A DNA stretch of 64,000 nt, from assembly GCA_963707025.1 (NCBI GenBank), contig CAVPOM010000016.1, positions 1-64,000 of the forward strand. The letters are read 5' to 3'. This DNA is from an uncultured Verrucomicrobiae bacterium (GTDB lineage Bacteria; Verrucomicrobiota; Verrucomicrobiia; Limisphaerales; Palsa-1400). Both the position numbers and the translations under genes were made by a program. Numbering within the stretch: position 1 is the stretch's first letter; each line of letters starts with the position of its first letter. Positions 30,032-39,885 of the stretch are shown here, piece after piece. The notes beneath the pieces are model-generated. The model ran no database searches, was not told the origin of the DNA, and worked only from the letters and a program-made list of their open reading frames with translations.

Positions 30032-31535
30032 ATGAACACCGACGAAAACCGCAAGCTGGCCGTCTTCCCGCGCTCCAATCCCAATCCGGTCCTGGAATTT
30101 TCCGCCGACGGCCAACTGACCTATAGCAACGACGCCGCCCAGCGCATGGCCGCCTCCCTCGGTCAGCCATCCCTGCAGGCCATTTTGCCGCCCGACACCC
30201 GGCTGATCATCCTGCAATGCCTGCTCACCGGCGAAAACAAACTCAACCTCCACACCTCCTGGCAAGACCGCACCATTGCCTGGTCGTTCATCCCCATCGC
30301 CGAAAGCAAAACCGTCCATTGTTACGCCAACGAAATCACCGAACGCCTGGCCCTGGAGGCGCAGTTGCGCCATTCGGTCAAAATGGACGCGGTGGGCCAG
30401 TTGGCCGCCGGCGTGGCCCACGATTTCAACAACATCCTCACCATCATTCAGGGCCACGCCGACCTGCTCTTGCAATCCAAACCCCTGCCGCCGGGCGCGG
30501 ATAAATCTCTGCGCCAAATCTGGTCCGCCGCCGACCGCGCCGGCAAACTCATTCAGCAATTGCTCATGTTCAGCCGCAAACAGGTCATGCAGCCGCGCTA
30601 TGTTGATCTGAACGAAATCATTTCCAGCGTCAGCCCCATGCTCCAGCGCATGATGGGCGAGCACATTGCCTTTGAGTATGCGCCCGCGCCCAGCCTGCCC
30701 GCCATTTACGCCGATGCCGGCATGATCGAACAAGTTCTGGTCAACCTCTCCATGAACGCCCGGGACGCCATGCCCAGCGGCGGACGCCTCACCATCCGCG
30801 CCGCCCCCCGCGTCCTGGAACCGGTGGCCTGCGTGCTCAATCCCGAAGCCCGCCCCGGCCATTTCGTCTGCCTGAGCGTCTGCGACACCGGCGGCGGCAT
30901 GGACAACGCCACCTTGAGCCATCTGTTCGAGCCTTTTTTCACCACCAAGGCAATCGGCAAAGGGGCCGGCCTGGGCCTGGCCACCGTCTATGGCATTGTC
31001 AAGCAACACCAGGGCTGGATCATTGTCGAGAGCAAGCTTGGCGCCGGCTCCACCCTCACCATTTTCCTGCCCTGCGTTTCCAAGCCCGCGGAAAGCCCCG
31101 CGCCCCAAGGCCCGCCCCGGCTCCCGCCCGCCAGCGGCTCGGAAACCCTTCTGGTCGTCGAGGACGAAGCTTCCCTGCGCGAACTGGTCGTGCGCATCCT
31201 CGAACTTTGCGGCTACCGCATTTATCAGGCCAATAATGGCGTCGAAGCCCTGGAGGTTTGGGCCCGGCACAAGGATGAGATTGATCTCCTCTTGACAGAA
31301 CATGGTCATGCCCGAGGGCCTGAGCGGCCGCCAACTGGCCGAACGCCTCCAGACGGAGGACCCCGCCCTCAAGGTCATCTACACGAGCGGCTACAGTCCC
31401 GGCATGGCCGGCAAGGACATCGCCCTGCTCGAAGGCTTCAATTTTCTGGCCAAGCCCTATCCCCCCAGCCGCCTGGCCCAGGTCGTGCGCGAGTGCCTGG
31501 ACGGAAAACTCGAGCGCGGCCGGAAGAAAAAATAG
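30032..31535 (+). CDS. Hybrid sensor histidine kinase (PAS-HisKA-HATPase-REC; frameshift near 31300)
   Basis: [68 protein letters not shown]. Confidence 0.92.
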
Positions 31536-31556
31536 CGTGTCCGGCGGCTGGCCGCT

Positions 31557-32975
31557 TTAAATCGCCTTAATCCGGCCGGCCAATTCCCCCGCCGGATAAG
31601 TCCAGATCTCCGCCAGGGTCGGATGATAATGCGGCATCGCCGCCAATTCCCGCACCGTCATGCGCTGGGACATCGCCGCAATAATCTCGTGAATCAACTC
31701 CCCGCCCAACGGCCCCACACAGGCCCCGCCGAGGATTTCCCCCTGTTTCGGATCCGCCAGCAATTTCACAAAGCCGTCCTTCGCCTCCATGATCAGCGAC
31801 TTGCCGTGGTCGGCGAACGGATAACTCGCCGCCAAAAAGGGCCGGCGCCGCGCCCGCCCCTCCTTCTCCGTCAGACCCACCGCCGCCACCTGCGGATCGG
31901 TAAAAACCACCCTCGTCAACAATCGGTAATCCATCTCCCGCCGCCGCCCCGGATGGGCAATGTTATGCGCCGCCAACTCGCCCTGCTCCACCGCAATATG
32001 CACAATCTGATGCGGCCCGGTGCAATCGCCCGCCGCGTAAATATGCGGCGCGCTGGACTGCATGGCCGCGTTGGTCAGGATCCGCCCCTCCTTCGTCCGG
32101 ACGCCGATTCTTTCCAGCCCCAGCCCCGCCGTGTTCGGACTCCGCCCCGTGGCGGCCAGTATTTCCGCCGCCGCCACGGTGCGCTTGCGGTTGCCGCATG
32201 CAAATTCGACCACCTTGCTCCGTCCCTTGCGGAACACCCGCGCCAGGCGGGTCGGCGCAAAGATCTCCACCCCTTCGCGCCGCAAAACCGTTTCCAGCGC
32301 CGTCACGGCATCCGGGTCGAACTCGCGCAACACCTGTCCGCTCCGCTGGATCAACGTCACCTTCACGTCCATCCGGCAAAAAAATTGCGCCAGTTCCACC
32401 GCCACCGGCCCGCCGCCCAAAACCACCAGCGACCGCGGCGGCGCCGGCAGCGCCAGCGCGGCATCGCTGGTCAAAAACCCCGCCTCCTCCAGGCCCGGAC
32501 ACGGCGGCGGCGCCGGAACCGAACCGGTGCTGATGATAAAATGTCTTGCGGTCAGCCAGCGCGGTTTGCTTCCCGTCTCAATCAACTCCAGCGTGTGTCC
32601 GTCCACAAAACGCGCCCGCGCCCGCAAAAAGTCAAAAAGCCCTTCGTTCAATTGCTGCCGGCGGAATCCGGCGAAATCTTCCACCATCGCCCTTTTCCGC
32701 GCCATCACCTTGGCGAAGTCGAACCCCGCTTTGGGAATCCGCAGGCCCCAAGTTGCGCCCTGTCGCGCCAGGTGCAGCGCCTCCGCCGCGTAGAGCAGCG
32801 CCTTGCTGGGCATGCAACCCCGCAGGATGCAAAGCCCGCCCACCTCCTGCCCCCCTTCCAGCACCACCGCACGCAACCCCGCCGCCGCCGCCGTCCGCGC
32901 CGCCGCGTACCCCGCGCTCCCTCCCCCCAATACGGCCACATCGTAGTGGAAAGATTTGTGTCGTTGCATCATCAT
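31557..32975 (-). CDS. Class I pyridine nucleotide-disulfide oxidoreductase (dihydrolipoamide dehydrogenase-like)
   Basis: GGGSAG, GGLCILRGCMPSK redox disulfide, GGGPVAVE, AAGD, HYHPTLAE. Confidence 0.9.
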   Translation of the reverse strand: MMMQRHKSFHYDVAVLGGGSAGYAAARTAAAAGLRAVVLEGGQEVGGLCILRGCMPSKALLYAAEALHLARQGATWGLRIPKAGFDFAKVMARKRAMVEDFAGFRRQQLNEGLFDFLRARARFVDGHTLELIETGSKPRWLTARHFIISTGSVPAPPPCPGLEEAGFLTSDAALALPAPPRSLVVLGGGPVAVELAQFFCRMDVKVTLIQRSGQVLREFDPDAVTALETVLRREGVEIFAPTRLARVFRKGRSKVVEFACGNRKRTVAAAEILAATGRSPNTAGLGLERIGVRTKEGRILTNAAMQSSAPHIYAAGDCTGPHQIVHIAVEQGELAAHNIAHPGRRREMDYRLLTRVVFTDPQVAAVGLTEKEGRARRRPFLAASYPFADHGKSLIMEAKDGFVKLLADPKQGEILGGACVGPLGGELIHEIIAAMSQRMTVRELAAMPHYHPTLAEIWTYPAGELAGRIKAI

Positions 32976-33235
32976 TGACCTTTCGATTTAAATTTTATGA
33001 ATAAGAAGGAGCCTGCGATACGAATCAATCCTAATCGTAATCCCAATCTTAAACCGGGCGCAGGATAAAATTTTTCGTGGCTCGCCCTCATCCTAACCTT
33101 CTCCCCCGGGAGAAGGAACAGACCTCGCCGCCTCGGGCTGGGCGCAGGCGCGTCCGGTCAATCCCAGCGCCGGCAATTCGCGACGACGGCAATTCCCCCC
33201 GTTGACATCCCGTCTCCCTTGCCTACCATGGCTTG

Positions 33236-33661
33236 ATGGAAAAACGAATTTGTCCCCGCAGCCCGCGCGAAACGATGGACGGTTGGATGTATCTGCCCCG
33301 TTACATTGACAAAATCCGCCTGCACCTCGCCGGCAAGCTGCACTCCGATTACACCGAAAATCTCGGCAAACGCTTCGATGGCCTGTGGCTCAAGACCGCC
33401 GGCCTCACCCACGAAAAAATGCTGGAAGTCGTGAAAAACTCCAGCACCGACGGCGAAGTCTGCGATTGGGTCCGGCAAAACGTGAAAAAAACTCCCGCCG
33501 AAAAAGCCGCCCATCACGACGACATGATGAGCCGTCCCAAAGCCGGTGATGCCGAAGGCCAGGCCCGGTTAAAAATGCGCAAAGAACAAGCCGGCGTGGC
33601 CCAGCGCGACGACATCCGCACCTACGTGGACGTCATTGACGCCGACGAGCACAGACTCTGA
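33236..33661 (+). CDS. DUF5069-like protein
   Basis: PRSPRE..DGWMYLPRYIDKIR...GKL..DY, C-terminal DVIDADE. Confidence 0.75.
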   Translation: MEKRICPRSPRETMDGWMYLPRYIDKIRLHLAGKLHSDYTENLGKRFDGLWLKTAGLTHEKMLEVVKNSSTDGEVCDWVRQNVKKTPAEKAAHHDDMMSRPKAGDAEGQARLKMRKEQAGVAQRDDIRTYVDVIDADEHRL

Positions 33662-33765
33662 CCCGCCTTGAAGGCCCCGGCCTGTGGTCACACCGGAAAA
33701 TGGCGCAGAGGAGTGCCCGCAAACCGCTCCTTGCTCATACGGGTGGCGAATGCTATGGTTAAGGC

Positions 33766-33987
33766 GTGACAACCACAGTCGAGGCCATTTACGAAAATGG
33801 GATGTTGAAACTTTCCGGCCCGTTGCCCTTGCGGGAGAAAGCCCAGGTCGTAGTCACCATCCACTCCAAGCCGCTTTCTGGAGAGGACAAGGAACGCCGG
33901 GCCTGGCTCAAAGCCTCCGAGGAAGCCCTCGCGCGCGCCTGGGACAATTCGGCCGACGATGTTTTCAATGAACTTCTCGATAAGTGA
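33766..33987 (+). CDS. Putative antitoxin (AF2212/DUF104-like)
   Basis: TVEAIYENGMLK...L..V.V.I; C-terminal AWDNSADDVFNEL; overlaps the toxin gene. Confidence 0.8.
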   Translation: MTTTVEAIYENGMLKLSGPLPLREKAQVVVTIHSKPLSGEDKERRAWLKASEEALARAWDNSADDVFNELLDK

Positions 33988-34285
33988 AGTTGTCCTTGTC
34001 CCGATTCCCTTCATAAACCTCGCCAGCCAAAAAGTGCGACCGGCGGTGGTGGTGGGCCTCAGTTCTTATGCCGGTGATCTGTTCGTCGTTCCGATTTCCT
34101 CTCAAATGCAGAAAGTTGAATTGATCTTGCAGGATTGGAAAGCAGCCGGACTCAATGTCCCTTGCGGAATCAAGGCCCAGTTGGCCACGATCGAAAGCAA
34201 ACTCATTGTCAAAACCATTGGCAAACTTTCGGCGCGGGATCAGGCGTCCTGCCAGTCCCGGTTGCGTGCATGGCTGCAATTATAG
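33968..34285 (+). CDS. PemK/MazF-family toxin
   Basis: EVVLVPIPF....KVRPAVVV...VVPISS...WKAAGL...IGKLS. Confidence 0.85.
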   Translation: MNFSISEVVLVPIPFINLASQKVRPAVVVGLSSYAGDLFVVPISSQMQKVELILQDWKAAGLNVPCGIKAQLATIESKLIVKTIGKLSARDQASCQSRLRAWLQL

Positions 34286-34351
34286 GCGCAGAATGAAGCA
34301 GCAGGGGCGAAAACTGGCATTTTGCCACCGGGCAGGCTAAAATCTGGCTTG

Positions 34352-37012
34352 ATGGCAGGCAGCACCAACAGCACAGCAGCGAATTCCGGGACGGCCGCGG
34401 AACCAATCGGCAATGCCAAATCCGCAATCCGCAATCCGCAATCCGCCCTGTCTGCCCTAGCTCCGCCCTGCGGAGCGAAAGCGGAAATCCGCAATTCCCC
34501 CGAGCTGCTCGCCCCCGCCGGCGACTGGGAATGCGTCAAGGCCGCCGTGGAAAATGGGGCCGACGCCATTTACTTCGGCCTGGACCGCTTCAACGCCCGC
34601 ATGCGCGCGCAAAATTTCACGGAGGCCGACCTGCCCCGATTGATGGAGTTCCTCCACCGCCGCGGCGTGAAGGGCTATGTCACCTTCAACACCCTGGTCT
34701 TTGAAAATGAAATGGCGGACGCCGAACAGTTTCTGCGCGCCTTGATCGCGGCGGGCGTGGATGCCGCCATCGTGCAGGACGTGGGAATATGCCGTTTGAT
34801 CAGAATGCTCTCGCCCGATTTTCCCATGCACGCCTCCACGCAAATGACCGTTACCAGCGCGGCGGGCCTGGATTTTGCCCGGCAACTCGGGTGCAGCCTG
34901 GTCGTGCTGGCGCGCGAATGTTCCGTCAAGGAAATCGAAATGATGCAAAGCGCCCAGGCGGCCCCGCTCCCGCTGGAGGTTTTTGTGCATGGCGCCTTGT
35001 GCGTCGCTTATTCCGGCCAATGCTTGACCAGCGAGGCCCTGGGCGGGCGCTCCGCCAATCGGGGCGAATGCGCCCAGGCCTGCCGCATGCCCTACGATTT
35101 GATGTGCGACGGCCAGCCCGTTCCCCTCGGCGACCGCCGCTATTTGTTAAGCCCCCAGGACCTGGCCGGATTGGAAGTGCTGCCGGATTTGATCCGCGCC
35201 GGCGTGGCCTCGCTGAAAATCGAGGGCCGTCTCAAATCCCCCGAATATGTGGCCAACATCACGCGGGTTTACCGGCAGGCCCTGGACAAACTTCGCGCCC
35301 AACCGGCCGACGCCCCGCGTCTCGACGGCCAGTCGCGCTACGAATTGGAAATGGCTTTTTCGCGCGGACTGCACACCGGCTGGTTCGGCGGCGTCAACCA
35401 TCAACGGCTGGTCCACGCCCGTTTTGGCAAAAAACGCGGCGTCTGCCTCGGCATGGTGCGGCGCGTGGAAGGGGAAAAAGTTTTCGCCCGTCTGGAAGCG
35501 CCCCTCCAGGCCGGCGACGGCATTGTCTTTGACGCCGGCCGGCCCGACGAAAAGGAAGAGGGCGGCCGCGTCTATCGCGTGGAGCCGGCGCGGGGTTCGG
35601 ACCGATCCTTGTCCATCCTGGCTTTCGGACGGGACCATCTTGATTTCAACCGGATACATATTGGCGACAGGATTTGGAAAACGAGCGATCCGGAACTGGA
35701 CCGCCGCCTGCGCCGAAGTTTTGCGGGCCAGGCGCCCCATTTCCGCCGTCCCCTCTGGCTGGAAGTTCACGGGCGCGCCGCCGGCCCGATGACTTTGATC
35801 GGCCGCGACGAACTGGGTGATGTGGCCCAGGTGGCATCCCGCCTGCCGCTGGCCGTGGCGGGCAGGCAACCGCTCACCACCGAGAAGCTGCGCCAACAAC
35901 TGGGCCGCCTGGGCGGAACGGTTTTGCAATTGGGCGATCTGCGCAATTTCCTCCAAGGCGAAGTCATCCTGCCCGCCAGCGAGTTGAACCGGATGCGCCG
36001 CGAACTTGTTGGCGCCATCGAGGCAATGCGGGCGCAGCCAAAGCGGTGGCAGATTTCCTCCTTCGCCAAGCCTGCGGAGAACAGGGCGGATTGTTCACCC
36101 TCCGCAGGCTCGGCGAAGGAGGGCGGATTGAAGACCGGCGCCACCAACCTTGGCCCTGACGAGGCGGAGCTAATCGTATTGGTCCGCACCATGGCCCAGT
36201 TGGAAGCCGCGCTCCAGTGCGATTTGCGCACGATCTATTGCGAGTTCGAGGACCCAAAGAAATACCGCGAAGCCGTAAACCTTTTCCGTCAATCCGCAAT
36301 CCGCAATCCGCAATCTGCAATTCTGGTCGCTCCTCCCAGGATTTTCAAACCCGGCGAAGACTGGATTCTCAAACAAGTCCGCTCCTGCGGGGCCGACGGC
36401 TGGTTGATTCGCAATTACGATCATTTGCAATACTTCGCCGAGGGCCGCCGGGTGGGGGATTTCTCCCTGAACGTGGCCAACCGCCTGGCGGCGGACTATT
36501 TCAAAAATCAGTTCGGACTGGAACGCCTCACCGCCTCCTACGATTTGAACATGGTGCAACTGGAGGCGCTCCTGCAATCCGCCCCGCCCGCGTGGTTCGA
36601 GATCACCATTCACCAGCACATGCCCATGTTCCACATGGAGCACTGCCTTTTCTGCGCCTTTCTCACCACCGGCACCGACTACACCAACTGCGGCCGCCCC
36701 TGCGATAAACACGCCGTGCAACTGCGCGACCGGGTGGGCTTGCAACACCCGCTCAAAGCCGACGCCGGCTGCCGCAACACCGTTTTCAACGGCCGGGCGC
36801 AGACGGGGGCGGAATACGCCGCCCGGCTCATGGCCTTGGGGGCGCGCCATTTTCGCATTGAGTTTGTCAACGAGAGCGCGGATGAAGTGAGGCGCATCAT
36901 CGCCAAATATCGCAGCCTGCTGCGGGGGGAGATGAGCGGCGCCCAACTGTGGCGCGAGCTGAAATTGCACCACCAACTCGGCGTCACCCGCGGCCCGATG
37001 GAAAAGAGTTGA
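34352..37012 (+). CDS. U32-family protein (RlhA-like RNA hydroxylase with DUF3656-like domain)
   Basis: PELLAPAG, GADAIYFG, HASTQM, FVHGALCVAYSGQC, NRGECAQACR, KIEGR. Confidence 0.92.
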   Translation: MAGSTNSTAANSGTAAEPIGNAKSAIRNPQSALSALAPPCGAKAEIRNSPELLAPAGDWECVKAAVENGADAIYFGLDRFNARMRAQNFTEADLPRLMEFLHRRGVKGYVTFNTLVFENEMADAEQFLRALIAAGVDAAIVQDVGICRLIRMLSPDFPMHASTQMTVTSAAGLDFARQLGCSLVVLARECSVKEIEMMQSAQAAPLPLEVFVHGALCVAYSGQCLTSEALGGRSANRGECAQACRMPYDLMCDGQPVPLGDRRYLLSPQDLAGLEVLPDLIRAGVASLKIEGRLKSPEYVANITRVYRQALDKLRAQPADAPRLDGQSRYELEMAFSRGLHTGWFGGVNHQRLVHARFGKKRGVCLGMVRRVEGEKVFARLEAPLQAGDGIVFDAGRPDEKEEGGRVYRVEPARGSDRSLSILAFGRDHLDFNRIHIGDRIWKTSDPELDRRLRRSFAGQAPHFRRPLWLEVHGRAAGPMTLIGRDELGDVAQVASRLPLAVAGRQPLTTEKLRQQLGRLGGTVLQLGDLRNFLQGEVILPASELNRMRRELVGAIEAMRAQPKRWQISSFAKPAENRADCSPSAGSAKEGGLKTGATNLGPDEAELIVLVRTMAQLEAALQCDLRTIYCEFEDPKKYREAVNLFRQSAIRNPQSAILVAPPRIFKPGEDWILKQVRSCGADGWLIRNYDHLQYFAEGRRVGDFSLNVANRLAADYFKNQFGLERLTASYDLNMVQLEALLQSAPPAWFEITIHQHMPMFHMEHCLFCAFLTTGTDYTNCGRPCDKHAVQLRDRVGLQHPLKADAGCRNTVFNGRAQTGAEYAARLMALGARHFRIEFVNESADEVRRIIAKYRSLLRGEMSGAQLWRELKLHHQLGVTRGPMEKS

Positions 37013-37013
37013 C

Positions 37014-37205
37014 GACCCGTTTTTCCAATTCGTCAATGGTGATGCACTCGCCGGGGTTTGCGAGGGTGGCGCGCGCGGCTTTCAGGTCGGCCTCTGTTTC
37101 GAGGGCCTCCTATTCAGCCAAATCATCAACCAATGAAACGACCTTATTCGCCCGATCTTGTGACAGGTTTTCTAACTTGGCGACGGCTTCTGTAATAGTG
37201 CTCGT
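37014..37205 (-). pseudogene. Decayed antitoxin-like gene
   Basis: Reads (ACG)STITEAVAKLENLSQDRANKVVSLVDDLAE*EALETEADLKAARATLANPGECITIDELEKR; ACG in place of ATG and in-frame TAG at 37110-37112. Confidence 0.55.
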
Positions 37206-37299
37206 AACTTATGCTGGAAACAATTTGCCAGCAGTGCTGGTTTCTTCAAGAAGAGTTTTCTCGCGCAAACATTCTGGAGCTTGTTAGACTGCGCCACTG

Positions 37300-38598
37300 A
37301 TGTTGCTGCAAAATAATTTGGAATTTGCATTTGTGGCGCGGCCCAAGGAGGTTCCGGGACACGCTCCCGGACTCAAGGCCCCATTCGCCGAACAACTCCT
37401 GGCCTTTGATGAGTTCGGCAAAAAAACCGTTCTGGCCGAAACCACCGCCGCCACCGCCGGCGGCAAACTCTTGTCCGTCCCCACTTATATCAATGAGTTT
37501 TGGACGGCCAAACAGCGGGCCGCCAGCCGGCTGCACGAAATTTCCTATCGCGCCTGCTTCAAGCCGCAACTCCCGCGCTTCTTCATCGAGCGCCTGACCG
37601 GGCCGGGCGACCTGGTCCACGATCCGTTCATGGGGCGCGGCACCACCCTCCTCGAGGCCGCCCTCCTGGGACGCGTGCCCTGCGGCTGCGACGTTAATCC
37701 GCTCAGTCTGGTCCTGGTGCGCCCGCGCCTGCGCCCGCCCACCCTGGAACAAATCCACGCCCGCCTGGCGCAGATTGATTTCAAAGACCACGAGGAGGCC
37801 CCGGAAGATCTCCTGGTTTTTTTCCACCCGGAAACTCTGCGGGAAATCGCCGCTCTGAAAAAATATTTGCTGGGCCGCGGAACACTCGACCCGGTTGATG
37901 AATGGATTGCCCTGGTCGCTCTCAACCGGCTGACGGGCCATTCCAATGGATTTTTTTCCGTCTATACCTTGCCGCCCAACCAGGCGGTTTCGGTCAAGTC
38001 ACAGCGGAAAATCAACGCCGACCGCCGCCAGACACCGCCGCGCCGCCATGTGCCGGATTTGATTCTAAAAAAAAGCCGGAATCTCCTCAAAGACTGCGAC
38101 ACCACCACCCGCGCCCGTCTGCGCGCCGTGGCGGAAAAGTGTATGCTGCTCAACCAACCCGCCCATGCCACCGCCGAAATCCCCGCCGGTTCGGTTTCGC
38201 TGGTGGTGACCTCGCCGCCCTTTTTGGACGTGGTTGATTATGCGGGGGACAATTGGCTGCGTTGCTGGTTTCTCGGCATTGACACCAAAGGAGTCAAACT
38301 GACAGTGCCAAAAAAGTTGGACGAGTGGCAGGCGGAAATGACGGCGGTTTTCCGGGAACTGCGGCGGGTCTTGCGCCCTGGTGGTCACGTCGCTTTTGAA
38401 GTCGGCGAAGTCCGCCGGGGCGAAATCAAATTGGAGCAAACGGTGCTGGGCTGCGGGCTGGCGGCCGGACTGCGCCCGGAGCTGATCTTGATCAACGATC
38501 AAGAATTCACCAAAACCGCCAACTGCTGGGGCGTGGACAACAACGCCAAAGGGACCAACACCAACCGCATCGTCCTCTTCCGCAAAGAACCCCCCTGA
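37300..38598 (+). CDS. Site-specific amino-DNA methyltransferase (probably N4-cytosine)
   Basis: SAM motif DPFMGRGTT precedes catalytic VTSPPF; RVLRPGG. Confidence 0.85.
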   Translation: MLLQNNLEFAFVARPKEVPGHAPGLKAPFAEQLLAFDEFGKKTVLAETTAATAGGKLLSVPTYINEFWTAKQRAASRLHEISYRACFKPQLPRFFIERLTGPGDLVHDPFMGRGTTLLEAALLGRVPCGCDVNPLSLVLVRPRLRPPTLEQIHARLAQIDFKDHEEAPEDLLVFFHPETLREIAALKKYLLGRGTLDPVDEWIALVALNRLTGHSNGFFSVYTLPPNQAVSVKSQRKINADRRQTPPRRHVPDLILKKSRNLLKDCDTTTRARLRAVAEKCMLLNQPAHATAEIPAGSVSLVVTSPPFLDVVDYAGDNWLRCWFLGIDTKGVKLTVPKKLDEWQAEMTAVFRELRRVLRPGGHVAFEVGEVRRGEIKLEQTVLGCGLAAGLRPELILINDQEFTKTANCWGVDNNAKGTNTNRIVLFRKEPP

Positions 38599-38616
38599 GC
38601 GCCGGCCGCGCCCTCT

Positions 38617-38985
38617 CTACCGTTTGAAACTTTTCCAGTCGCGCAACTTTCCGTCCGGCGCGAAGACCAGGCGCAGCCACTTGCCCGCATCGGGCCCCCC
38701 GGGATAAACCGCCACGACTTCCAGCGCCACCCACCCCGGCGTGGCCATGTATTCCCCTTCGCCCTGCCCCACCGTCGCCGGTGAATAGGATCGCACCAGC
38801 CATTCCGCCACCACGGTGCCGTCGCCCTGTTTGGCGCTCTTGTCCGGCGCGCCCAACTCCTGCGCCGCCTGGGCGTAGGTGTAGTTTCCGACGCGGCCAT
38901 TCCAGTCAATTCTCGGCCCCGAGGCGCACCCGGCGAGCAGGCACGCCATCAGCGCCGGCCACAAAGCAAAACGAATCAAGCGCAT
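38617..38985 (-). CDS. Small lipoprotein (BamE/SmpA-like pattern)
   Basis: MRLIRFALWPALMACLLAGC lipobox; ELGAPD...EW...LVFAPDGKL. Confidence 0.75.
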   Translation of the reverse strand: MRLIRFALWPALMACLLAGCASGPRIDWNGRVGNYTYAQAAQELGAPDKSAKQGDGTVVAEWLVRSYSPATVGQGEGEYMATPGWVALEVVAVYPGGPDAGKWLRLVFAPDGKLRDWKSFKR

Positions 38986-39113
38986 AACATTATGCTCCTC
39001 TGCAATCAACATAACCCAAACTTCAGCGCAGGCAAGGGAGGCAGTCAAGACCTCCTTCTCGCGTGGCAGGGCGCGCATTCCTTTGCGCGCCGTGGCGGAC
39101 AGCGCAGTACCCT

Positions 39114-39350
39114 CTACCGTTTGTAGCATTTCCAAGAGCGCAATTCTCCATCCGGCCCGAAGACCAGGCGGACATACCGGCCCGATTCCTGCCCCCCTGG
39201 ATATTCGATGACAATTCCAGGCTCCTCCCGATACGGTGGGAGCGTCTCACCATCCCAATCAAATCGAACTGCCGCCTTTGGAGAGGTGCTCACCAGCCAT
39301 TCCGCCACCAAACTGCCGTCGCCTAGTTTGGCGCTCTTGAAAGGGACACC
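39114..39350 (-). pseudogene. 5'-truncated paralog of the adjacent lipoprotein
   Basis: GVPFKSAKLGDGSLVAEWLV...YPGG...VRLVFGPDGELRSWKCYKR aligns with the C-terminal half of 38617-38985; no signal peptide upstream. Confidence 0.7.
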
Positions 39351-39613
39351 CTAAAGTATTCCGGGCTTTTCCGAGCCTCACCTCGCCTCCAGCCGCACAC
39401 CCCGTCGAGTCTGGATCTTCCCGGCTGCGGTGGGAGGGCGCGCGGCGCTGTTCTGGAGGGCGGTTTCTGTCTCCTCACGATTGAGATTGCGCTGAAAAGC
39501 GGCGGAAATGCACCTGGGGCGCGCCGGGGCGGAACAGGCCAAACCCAGCCGTTGACAAACCCGCCGCTTGCGCTACCGTTGTCGGCTCTTGGGTAGAAAC
39601 CGAGTTAACAAAT

Positions 39614-39883
39614 ATGCCGAATACAAAATCAGCCGGACGCCGCATGCGCAACAGCGCGCGCAAGCAACTGCATAATCGCAGCATCAAAAGCCGCTTGCAC
39701 AATTTGGAGAGGACTTTTGCCGAACTGCTCGGCGCCGGGAAAAAGGACGAAGCCGGCGCCGCCTTGCGCCTGCTCAGTTCCGCCTTTGATAAGGCCGTCA
39801 AGACCGGCGTGGTCAACCGCCCCATGGCCAACCGCAAGAAGTCCCGCCTCAGCCTGCGCCTCAACGCCGCCAAGCCCGCCTGA
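39614..39883 (+). CDS. rpsT: 30S ribosomal protein S20
   Basis: MPNTKSA.RRMR...NRSIKS...DKAVKTGV...ANRKKSRL. Confidence 0.96.
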   Translation: MPNTKSAGRRMRNSARKQLHNRSIKSRLHNLERTFAELLGAGKKDEAGAALRLLSSAFDKAVKTGVVNRPMANRKKSRLSLRLNAAKPA

Positions 39884-39885
39884 GC

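Noticed and set aside
31557..32975. Mercuric reductase MerA
   Set aside because: No C-terminal Cys-Cys pair, no NmerA domain and no mer operon; kept as a generic disulfide oxidoreductase.
37300..38598. Complete restriction-modification system
   Set aside because: No adjacent endonuclease or specificity gene is visible.
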